Shown in pieces: positions 18,418-25,765 of a DNA stretch of 64,000 nt. The notes below the pieces were generated by a model. That model was not told the DNA's origin. It worked only from the letters and a program-made list of their open reading frames with translations, and did not search any database. Origin of the DNA: a virus. Position 1 is the stretch's first letter, and every line of letters begins with the position of its first letter. A program made the position numbers and the translations under genes. The stretch spans positions 10,659 to 74,658 of IMG/VR virus record IMGVR_UViG_3300010372_000004, one strand, 5' to 3'.

Positions 18418-18863
18418 TAATCAGTCCCTCCATCAATGCTAATGATATTTTCAGCATGGTAGACCCAGTCTGTATCTACCAAACCTCTTTTGTTATACAT
18501 TCCAGCTGCTTCAACACCTTTAAACTTAATCATGATGTTGTATTGTGGATGTTTAAGGTAACGCTCATGAATTGTTGAGAAGCTTTCAACAATCTTAATG
18601 TCACCATCCAAAGTCATTATTTCGGACCCAACTTTGATTCGTTTCAGAACGTCAGCACCTACTTCATATTTGTCACGGAAGTAGTCAATGGCATCTAAAT
18701 AAGATTTTTCTTCATCATTCCAACCACCGATGTTGAAAATAGCCCATAAGGTGTTCATGACATTGTTGTAGTCGTCAATAAGGTCGGCATCACCGCATTT
18801 TTCGGACACTTTTTGGTGCATGTGGTTGACAAATGATAAAAAAAGCAGGGTCTCCCTTTTCAT
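18417..18863 (-). CDS. Hypothetical protein
   Basis: TAATG coupling to the downstream gene. Confidence 0.6.
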   Translation of the reverse strand: MKRETLLFLSFVNHMHQKVSEKCGDADLIDDYNNVMNTLWAIFNIGGWNDEEKSYLDAIDYFRDKYEVGADVLKRIKVGSEIMTLDGDIKIVESFSTIHERYLKHPQYNIMIKFKGVEAAGMYNKRGLVDTDWVYHAENIISIDGGTD

Positions 18864-19206
18864 GCTCTAAAATTCTTTGTTCAAAAGTCAAAGGTTTTGC
18901 AGTTTCTTGAGGATTTTCTGCAACCCAATTTTCTGGATGAAGTACATCTTCCAAAGGTTGAGGTGGAATATTCAAAACTGCAAAATAATCAGTCATATCA
19001 TTGTTATTCAAACCATCTATGAAAGTTTGAGTTGTGTCTGTTTTGAAATATTCATCGTTTTCATTACTGGCTTCAATCTCAGCCAAAATTTTTGACCAAG
19101 GTTCGCCAGAATTTAAACGCTCTTGTAACCACTCTTGATAATCATCAATTCGCATATCTTGCTTATGGTTGTGTGCACTGCTGATTGTGATAAACACTTG
19201 TTGCAT
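18790..19206 (-). CDS. Hypothetical protein (start revised from 19251 to MQQVF, 19206)
   Basis: TAACCGA-N3-TCGGAGA motif lies 5 nt before the ATG at 19206. Confidence 0.6.
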   Translation of the reverse strand: MQQVFITISSAHNHKQDMRIDDYQEWLQERLNSGEPWSKILAEIEASNENDEYFKTDTTQTFIDGLNNNDMTDYFAVLNIPPQPLEDVLHPENWVAENPQETAKPLTFEQRILEHEKGDPAFFIICQPHAPKSVRKMR

Positions 19207-19225
19207 GATTTTCTCCGAATTTCGG

Positions 19226-19606
19226 TTAATTGTTTGAGGGATTTTTGACATAACAATTATCAGGGTTGAAACCTAAGCTTTTGTTTTTTCTGATAATTCT
19301 ACTGCCTTTGACATAGTTTTGTGAGTCACACCACTTGAAGAAATTTTCACGTTCTAACCATTCGGTGCAAATGGTGATTCCAATTTCTCCAAATTTATAG
19401 AAATCATCGTGAGTTTTGCTCAGACATTTTCTACGCATTGTTTCATAACTAGCCTTGGCTGGATGATTTGAATAGCTCTTGACACGGCTTAAATCACAGC
19501 AAGGTCTGCAAATATAAAAGCCTTTTTTACGACTCTCATATTCTGCTTGCCTACTGACAGTAAAAACCAGCTGGCAAGATTTACAAGTCAGCTGATACTT
19601 TTTCAA
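19226..19606 (-). CDS. Degenerate HNH-type homing-endonuclease-like protein with an N-terminal zinc finger
   Basis: 'M.R.C......FYKFG..GITIC.EW...F..W...Y......R......F.PDNC' follows the YGGRGI.VC.EW...IDRID...Y.P.NC family, but IDRID reads IIRKN. Confidence 0.6.
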   Translation of the reverse strand: MKKYQLTCKSCQLVFTVSRQAEYESRKKGFYICRPCCDLSRVKSYSNHPAKASYETMRRKCLSKTHDDFYKFGEIGITICTEWLERENFFKWCDSQNYVKGSRIIRKNKSLGFNPDNCYVKNPSNN

Positions 19607-19911
19607 TTTCTATACTCCCGAATTAATTTGGAGAATAAACGATTTCGCCAATGTCCTGTCGTTGGTCTTTGATCGTTATAAATCACCTGACTTAATTGAA
19701 TATAAAACTTACGTTTTGAATATCGCTTTCGCCAGCTTTTTAATAACATCAAAGTATTATGAACTTCACATTCAAGCTCTCGCTTATATTGACGGTTGGT
19801 GTTTGGAATCAATTCATGGATAGAAACTTTGACACCATCGTTGATTTTATTTGTCAACGATGGGTATTTTTTCTGAGCCAAGAATTGAAGATGTTTTTGA
19901 GTTACTTTCAT
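19603..19911 (-). CDS. Hypothetical basic protein
   Basis: SD AAGGA. Confidence 0.6.
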   Translation of the reverse strand: MKVTQKHLQFLAQKKYPSLTNKINDGVKVSIHELIPNTNRQYKRELECEVHNTLMLLKSWRKRYSKRKFYIQLSQVIYNDQRPTTGHWRNRLFSKLIREYRN

Positions 19912-19947
19912 AATCTTTCCTTAACTCATAAATTGTTATTTAATAGT

Positions 19948-20181
19948 TTACCAATTCTCTAATAAATTTAAGAAATTTGGTTTGATTGTATATTTTCGAT
20001 GGGTTTGATAACTCGCTGCACCATAACGGATAAATTCACAGTTGGTCATTTCAGAAAACATAATTGAGCTTCTTAAATCTCGCTCAATTAGCATGTTATA
20101 TAATTTCAACACTGCTTTATTTTCTTCAGTTTCACCCTCTCGTTCTATTTGAGCTTTGATTGAATCCAAGACTTTGCCCAT
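19948..20181 (-). CDS. Hypothetical protein
   Basis: SD GAGGT. Confidence 0.6.
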   Translation of the reverse strand: MGKVLDSIKAQIEREGETEENKAVLKLYNMLIERDLRSSIMFSEMTNCEFIRYGAASYQTHRKYTIKPNFLNLLENW

Positions 20182-20198
20182 AGATTTACCTCAAATTT

Positions 20199-20474
20199 TT
20201 ACAATAAATGCTGTGGAATAAAGGATAATTTACGAGTTTTCTCAAAGTATTTGAGCCAATTTTCTTTACTCATAAATATACAAGGTGATTCAAAAGTAAT
20301 ACCTGAATTAAGTCGGGTGCACTTATGAAAACCAGACTTATACTTGAATCCCATTTTTTGAACTTGACCAATCAATATGTGATGTTGCCGACCTATTAAA
20401 TACCCAATAGATCGACTGTCGGCATTTTCAAGGTCAGTAACACGAAATTGATTGGCATACGTTTTACTGACCAT
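20199..20474 (-). CDS. Hypothetical protein
   Basis: SD GAGGT. Confidence 0.6.
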   Translation of the reverse strand: MVSKTYANQFRVTDLENADSRSIGYLIGRQHHILIGQVQKMGFKYKSGFHKCTRLNSGITFESPCIFMSKENWLKYFEKTRKLSFIPQHLL

Positions 20475-20482
20475 TCGTTACC

Positions 20483-20773
20483 TCAAAAATAATAGTGATT
20501 GGTGATGTGAATACTTTGGACGAATGGACATTGTTTGACTATGTCCTTGAAACTGTTGTGGATACAATCGACGTACCCATCTGGATTACAGATTGATACT
20601 TGAATAGAAGTTTGAGATGTTTTAATCATCTCGGCTTCAGCATAGACTTCGTCAAAGTCCTTGCCATTTTTCTTGAAAATGGCTTTTAGTTTGTCAATTG
20701 GATTTCGTGAACTATCCAATTTGTCAAGATTAAGCTCAACAGCTGCTTCTAGCCATAAAGACATATTGCTCAC
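20483..20773 (-). CDS. Hypothetical protein
   Basis: SD GAGGTG. Confidence 0.6.
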   Translation of the reverse strand: MSNMSLWLEAAVELNLDKLDSSRNPIDKLKAIFKKNGKDFDEVYAEAEMIKTSQTSIQVSICNPDGYVDCIHNSFKDIVKQCPFVQSIHITNHYYF

Positions 20774-20776
20774 CTC

Positions 20777-21190
20777 TTACATCCCTTGCTTCCACTGCAT
20801 ACAAGCCATTGCTCGGAAGTATGGAATGGTCACTGGGTCAAGACACCAATGTTTGCCATTCATACCAGTTTCATGAATTTTCTTATACAAAAGTATTCCA
20901 AACATGCCTTGGTTTTGTCCAAAACACAGGCATGAACGGATTTGCTGACCTTTTTCGTTCAATTCATAAAACCCATCTTTTTCAATGACGTAATGCTCAA
21001 TGTTTAATTGTTTGAGTACATCATTAAATTCCTGAACTTCAGCATCGGTTAAGTTTCTGCCAAGGTTCGGGATAAAACCAAGGTCGAAATAGATGAAACC
21101 ATTTGTTGTTGGGTCATAAGTGTGGACAGTTCTCAAATATTGAGTCTTTGCATCTTTTACATGCAGTTGTGTCATGTTTTGATGATTCAT
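20777..21190 (-). CDS. Hypothetical protein
   Basis: SD AAGGA. Confidence 0.6.
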   Translation of the reverse strand: MNHQNMTQLHVKDAKTQYLRTVHTYDPTTNGFIYFDLGFIPNLGRNLTDAEVQEFNDVLKQLNIEHYVIEKDGFYELNEKGQQIRSCLCFGQNQGMFGILLYKKIHETGMNGKHWCLDPVTIPYFRAMACMQWKQGM

Positions 21191-21204
21191 TGCTTGGTTA
21201 TCCT

Positions 21205-21480
21205 TTACTTAATTTCGTTGATCAATGTTGGTTGATTACCTGTTCTAAACAAATGATCGAATAGCGCACTCAAAAATAAAAACAGCAAGGCATCAACAAT
21301 ACAAAAAAGAATTTTCAGCTTTGCAATTTCTAAAGTTATTTTTGACCAGTTTCTGCCGTCGAAAGCTATTTGAAAAAAGATAATAACCATGATGATGATT
21401 GCAATAAATCCAATCCCAAAAAAGAACCAAGAAACGTATTTGAAAATGATGTTTCTTGAATAGTGAAATGAACTTTTCAT
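21205..21480 (-). CDS. Small two-TM membrane protein
   Basis: Two hydrophobic helices; SD GAGGA. Confidence 0.65.
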   Translation of the reverse strand: MKSSFHYSRNIIFKYVSWFFFGIGFIAIIIMVIIFFQIAFDGRNWSKITLEIAKLKILFCIVDALLFLFLSALFDHLFRTGNQPTLINEIK

Positions 21481-21945
21481 GATTTTCCTCTGTTTTTGAA
21501 TTTACGCTTGTACGCTTGTTAGAGCGATTTTAATTTGCTGACGCTACGTTTCCCTATGTGGTGCTTAAAAGTGCGCTAAAAACGCTGTTTTTGGGCATTT
21601 TAGAGGGGGTCAGCTTGGGTTGGTGACGCAGATTTTGGTTTTTCACTCAAAAATTGGGTGTTTTGGTGGGGTGTTTTGTTGGGGTTTTTGAGTGAGTTTT
21701 CGGTGACGGTTTTGAGTCAGGTTGAGGTTCAGGTTTTGACTCGGTTATGACTCGTTTGTGGATTTTGCTACAGACACAGACGGAGTCGGGGTCTGTGGGT
21801 GTCGGCTGTGCGAATAGGTTATGGTGATGGTTTTGTCAAGGGTTTTTACACAAGTTAACGAAAAGGTTCTGTTTTTAACAAAAGATTACGTTAAGGTTGT
21901 GGTTGAGGTCTTGACTTGGATTAGGGTTTAGGCAGGGTGGTTAAA
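21481..21945. other. Non-coding G/T-skewed tract with long hairpins
   Basis: Stems GCTGAC/GTCAGC (21537-21614), TCACTCAAAAA/TTTTTGAGTGA (21643-21695), GAGTCA/TGACTC and CACAGAC/GTCTGTG; several loops are almost purely G/T. Confidence 0.6.
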
Positions 21946-22007
21946 AAATAATCAAATTACGTGAAACGGAAAGTAATCTGATTAAAAAATGAACACCTTG
22001 AAAAAGT

Positions 22008-22421
22008 CCTTTAAAAACGCAGGGTTAACTCTCTAGGAATTACGGAGATGGAGAAAAAGCCCTATTTTGGTGCGAAAAATCGTCAAATGAGACAATTTCT
22101 CATTAACAAAAAACCTTTAAAAATCGCATGGTTAACTCTCTAGGAATTAAACTGACCAAAAGTGCTTTTATATTAACTATATTTATTTACTCTATTTTTT
22201 TAAATTTTTTCATTTTTATCACACCCAAATTTTATTTTCTCAATTGTAATTCCTAGAGAGTTAACCAATGGATTTTAAAGAGAAAACTGGTAATGAGAAA
22301 ATTTCTCAATTTGCATAAATTCCGCCACTTTTTCACCAAAATGGTCCAATCTGTGACAGAATCTCTCACTGATCAATTTCCTACAGCCCTTTATCCATCA
22401 CTGGTTAACTCTCTAGGAAAT
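22008..22421. repeat. Iteron array with dyad symmetry around an AT-rich core: probable replication origin
   Basis: GGTTAACTCTCTAGGAATTA at 22023-22042 and 22130-22149, inverted at 22247-22266, variant at 22403-22421; AT-rich core 22150-22246. Repeats are certain; origin function is inferred. Confidence 0.7.
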
Positions 22422-22712
22422 AAGAAATTCTTGAACTTTTAAGTAATCTTCTGGCTTAAATCCATTTTTCCACTCAAAATTCCAACCTTGTCCAGTTTTT
22501 TCGATCAACAAACCATAAGATTTTACTTGACTTCCACCACGTATTCTGTATGCAGTCCCAACTCGGACTCTGTCAAGGTTTTTAACACTGTCATCGAACT
22601 TGATGTAAACGGCGTTAAAACCACGTGGAACCCAACAAACTGTGTCTGGAACAGGGAAAATTGACGCTATTTTTGGCGAATTTAATTTGTTTTTTACGTT
22701 TTGAATATCCAT
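22413..22712 (-). CDS. Hypothetical protein adjacent to the putative origin
   Basis: SD AAGGA; its stop codon lies inside the fourth iteron. Confidence 0.65.
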   Translation of the reverse strand: MDIQNVKNKLNSPKIASIFPVPDTVCWVPRGFNAVYIKFDDSVKNLDRVRVGTAYRIRGGSQVKSYGLLIEKTGQGWNFEWKNGFKPEDYLKVQEFLIS

Positions 22713-22751
22713 TTTGGTATCCTTTATGTGATAACTTTTGTCACAGATGCA

Positions 22752-22786
22752 TAAAAAGAAAGGGCTAAGTCATTGATTTAGCCCTT
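22752..22786 (-). terminator. Intrinsic terminator (overlaps an IHF consensus)
   Basis: AAGGGCTAA/TTAGCCCTT plus T-run; AATCAATGACTTA matches WATCAANNNNTTR. Confidence 0.65.
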
Positions 22787-22811
22787 GTAAATGATGTGTT
22801 TCAGACAATTT

Positions 22812-23258
22812 TTATTTTGTCAAATTTGTAGTAACTTTCACGTAATCTTGATCAGAAATTGAGCGTTTTAAAGCCTTAAATTGAGCCTTAATCCATGCCA
22901 ATTGTTCCAGTCGAAGATCAGTTAAAGTTACAGCCGATTGCCAAGAATAGACCTTATTTTCGAGATACCATTCTTTAGCTTCAGTTAACAATCCAATCTT
23001 TTGGTCGATTGATTTAATCCAAAATTTGAAATCTGTAAAGTTAGAAACTGCTTTTAATACCGAACAATAAGTCACAATATGAGTTAAAACCCAAGCGATT
23101 TGGTTCGATTTTTTATGAGCTTCATAATTGAATGGCTGCTTATATGCTTCAAAAGCAACACGATTTTGCACAGAAGTATCTGTGATAAAAGTATTTGATA
23201 AAACACGGACAGCATCAAAGCGCAGAATTTCAGGGAACTCTATATGAATTTCTTTCAT
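22812..23258 (-). CDS. Hypothetical protein
   Basis: 148-aa ORF. Confidence 0.6.
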   Translation of the reverse strand: MKEIHIEFPEILRFDAVRVLSNTFITDTSVQNRVAFEAYKQPFNYEAHKKSNQIAWVLTHIVTYCSVLKAVSNFTDFKFWIKSIDQKIGLLTEAKEWYLENKVYSWQSAVTLTDLRLEQLAWIKAQFKALKRSISDQDYVKVTTNLTK

Positions 23259-23356
23259 GATTTTGACTCACTATATTGATTTCAATTTTGAATTTAACAA
23301 AATTTGCCGATTAAGGCAGTTTTTACCACGAATGAACGCCTATTACACGGCGCATA

Positions 23357-23447
23357 AATATAAGCAAAAACAAAGACTTACATCTTTGTTTTTGCTTATA
23401 TTCAACTATTTAGGCTCAGTCCTAGCCCAAGCTTGGGCTTGGGCTAG
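23357..23447. repeat. Palindrome cluster
   Basis: Perfect 20-bp stem 23357-23376/23383-23402; CTAGCCCAAGC-ttgg-GCTTGGGCTAG at 23422-23447, which has an alternative 16-bp palindrome register. Confidence 0.85.
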
Positions 23448-23466
23448 ATTTTTGCTTTTGACATTT

Positions 23467-24066
23467 TTACGCAACTTTTTGAAGGTTATCTTGAGAAAGC
23501 TCATTTAAGCGACCTTGCAAAACTTGCATCATTAAAAGCACTTGGCTTTCATCCAAAGTATTTAATGTGCTAGTCAATTCTGACAAGTCGATTTTTTTAG
23601 CTTCTACACTTGGCACACTTGTATCATGTGCACCTGTCATGAAGCTAATCACTTTTAAAAGTTGTTTAGCTTGAGTATGTGCTACATAAGCATTTTTGAT
23701 TTCTTTTAAAATGCTCATATCTTGAAAAGCTTTGATAGTCATAATTTTATCAAGGCTTTCAGCTTGGCTAGTTTTAATAACTTCACCTTTTAAGTGAATA
23801 TTGATCATAGCTCTAAGCTCATGATATGAATCAGTATTGCATACTTTAGCAAGTGATTTTTCGCTAAGGTTAAAAACATTTTCAAAATGTGACAAAGGCA
23901 TAGTCTTTGCCCATGTTGGCAACTCGTTGCCTTTCATCATGGCTTTAGCAATTGTTAGTAAAACGCTAGCATTTTTACCTACATTAACAAGATTAGATAA
24001 AACGCTAATTTTTTCGTTTGTCACTGTTGCGTTATATGTAACAGCTTGATTTTGCTTGTTTAACAT
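23467..24066 (-). CDS. Lone immediate-early protein at the predicted first-ejected genome end
   Basis: 199 aa, SD AAGGA; oligonucleotide usage differs from neighbours; function unknown. Confidence 0.65.
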   Translation of the reverse strand: MLNKQNQAVTYNATVTNEKISVLSNLVNVGKNASVLLTIAKAMMKGNELPTWAKTMPLSHFENVFNLSEKSLAKVCNTDSYHELRAMINIHLKGEVIKTSQAESLDKIMTIKAFQDMSILKEIKNAYVAHTQAKQLLKVISFMTGAHDTSVPSVEAKKIDLSELTSTLNTLDESQVLLMMQVLQGRLNELSQDNLQKVA

Positions 24067-24091
24067 GGCTTTATTCCTTAATAGGTTAGGT

Positions 24092-24561
24092 TAGGACTTA
24101 GGCAAGATCAAAAAGCTAGTCGAATTATCGTACTAGCTTAAATATAGATAATGTCTAAGTCCTAGTTTTTGGATTAGATTAGATTAGAAAACAGTCATCA
24201 ATTCAGCTTGTCTATTTCGTTAGACATACGGCAAAATATAGGTACTATGTGACAAACAGAATTATCACTATGATCTATATTTTTTTTGCATCACTATTTT
24301 AAAATCCTATACCTGAATGCAGTTTTAGCCACATATTCAGATTTTAAAACACTGTTAAATAGTCGCCGATTAGCCTTGCATAAGTGATTGTTAAAGTCTA
24401 CTTATGCCCTAATCTGAAAATATGCCTCATCGGTCACATTTCAAAAGGGTGCAACAGTCCTTGTCATAATCAGAAATTCTGGTTAAGACTGTGTCTTTTA
24501 TATAGCCTACAAGCTAGGCTTGTGACTATATGAAAGGCAATAAGACTGTATATGTTCCCTT
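24092..24561. ncRNA. ~470-nt highly structured non-coding element (ncRNA, 5' leader or DNA secondary structure)
   Basis: Five consecutive stem-loops plus a multi-branch domain (coordinates in findings); no ORF of 60 aa or more in the track. Confidence 0.55.
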
Positions 24562-24580
24562 GTTTACTTGGTATGAGTGC

Positions 24581-24608
24581 ATTATATCCCATCAAAAACC
24601 TGTTACAA
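24581..24608 (-). promoter_or_regulatory. Sigma70-type early promoter
   Basis: TTGTAA-16 nt-TATAAT with an AT-rich upstream tract, firing into the structured element. Confidence 0.65.
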
Positions 24609-24639
24609 CATTTATCACAAAATAATTTAAAATATTTTA

Positions 24640-24652
24640 TAAGTTGTTGATT
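24640..24652 (-). promoter_or_regulatory. IHF consensus site
   Basis: AATCAACAACTTA = WATCAANNNNTTR. Confidence 0.5.
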
Positions 24653-24677
24653 TATATAGAGTTATTTTTTAAGGGTA

Positions 24678-24856
24678 GGGAGCTTTTTTACTACACATAA
24701 GCTGGGGGAGGGTCACTGTGTCCAGAACCTCGCTATAAAAAATTTTAGGGTCTAGGTCTGTGACAACATCTGTAACAAGGTCTAGGTCTGTGACAAGGTC
24801 AAGGTCAAGGTCAAGCTCTGTAACATAGACCATAAAAGGTCAAGGTCTGTGACTAT
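24678..24856 (+). other. Candidate cos / packaging site with terminase-binding-like repeats
   Basis: G-rich GGGGGAGGGTC (24704-24714), then ACCTCGCTATAAAAAATTTT, then repeats GGTCTAGGTCTGTGACAA x2, TCTGT(G/A)AC x5 and (AAGGTC)n; TerL is GpA-type. Confidence 0.5.
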
Positions 24857-24925
24857 ACCTTTACCTACTTCATCAATTAAAATATAATCTTTTTTTCAAC
24901 AACTAATTGCCAAAAAGGAAATCTC

Positions 24926-25135
24926 ATGATTAAGGTATTGTCGAAAGGTACTCCACCAGAACAAATCATTTACCAAAGCACGTGTTCAAACTGTAGATCA
25001 GAACTAGAATTTAACAAGTCAGACACTCATGCAAGCACAGATAGAAATGAAACAGTTTATTCTTTGACTTGTCCTGTATGTAAAAAACTTATGTATCTTT
25101 CCTCAGAATTTTTTAGACAAGCAATAAAAAGATAA
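24926..25135 (+). CDS. Small zinc-ribbon protein
   Basis: CSNC...CPVC; SD AAGGA; TATAAT at about 24883-24888. Confidence 0.7.
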   Translation: MIKVLSKGTPPEQIIYQSTCSNCRSELEFNKSDTHASTDRNETVYSLTCPVCKKLMYLSSEFFRQAIKR

Positions 25136-25145
25136 ACTAAAAACA

Positions 25146-25165
25146 AAGCCCCAGAACTGGGGCTT
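25146..25165. terminator. Hairpin between convergent genes
   Basis: AAGCCCCAG-aa-CTGGGGCTT. Confidence 0.7.
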
Positions 25166-25188
25166 CATCAAAAGCTAGATCAAAAACA

Positions 25189-25521
25189 TCAATCAGACTG
25201 ATACACAATCGTTGACAAAATCCCTGCCTGTCTCAACATCTCAGATAGCTGCCGACAGAACTCAGTGTTACGTTCAGCCTGACCATTTTGTTCTAATAAC
25301 CAAAACTGATTGTTAATACCTTTACCTGTTCGACGTTCCATTCGCAAACCTTGTTCAGTGAACTTAGTCACATCATTGGTCGTTAAAAAAGTAAGGGCGA
25401 TCATATCATTGTTAACATAACCTTTATCTTCTATTACATCTGTAATCGCATGAGCACGAACCAGACAAGAATTAATAATTTTTGCAAACTCTGCATAATC
25501 AAAAGGGTTGTATTTGAACAT
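25189..25521 (-). CDS. Hypothetical protein
   Basis: SD AGGA. Confidence 0.65.
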   Translation of the reverse strand: MFKYNPFDYAEFAKIINSCLVRAHAITDVIEDKGYVNNDMIALTFLTTNDVTKFTEQGLRMERRTGKGINNQFWLLEQNGQAERNTEFCRQLSEMLRQAGILSTIVYQSD

Positions 25522-25558
25522 GGTGTTTTCCTATTTATTTACCTATTTAGCTTAATGA

Positions 25559-25753
25559 TTAAGGTTTAAAAATTTGCATGACAGTTAGAATGGAACCCAT
25601 AAGAGTTGCACCCAGAGCCATACCCCATCCGAAAAACCACCAATTATTAGAATCTGGTTTTTTCATTTTATTCATAGACTTCTCCACAATTTGCTTATAC
25701 GTCTGAGTATAAGCTTGTTTATTTGGTTGAAAGTTTGGATTATTAAAATGCAT
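25559..25753 (-). CDS. Small protein with a C-terminal TM helix
   Basis: WWFFGWGMALGATLMGSILTVM. Confidence 0.5.
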   Translation of the reverse strand: MHFNNPNFQPNKQAYTQTYKQIVEKSMNKMKKPDSNNWWFFGWGMALGATLMGSILTVMQIFKP

Positions 25754-25765
25754 AATTTTAAATTC

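Noticed and set aside
21600-21940. tRNA genes or G-quadruplex array in the G/T-rich tract
   Set aside because: No cloverleaf or T-loop consensus; G-runs are irregular and mostly widely spaced, so a quadruplex is not well supported.
22008-22421. Repeats as a mini CRISPR array
   Set aside because: Mixed orientation, irregular spacing (about 87-137 nt), symmetric non-unique intervening DNA and no cas genes.
23257-23508. Plus-strand 83-aa ORF
   Set aside because: Runs through the palindrome cluster, has no SD and is antisense to its neighbours; probably spurious.
24400-24440. CCGATGAG on the minus strand as a hammerhead ribozyme core
   Set aside because: Differs from CUGAnGA, and I could not place a stem II followed by GAAA or a cleavage triplet.
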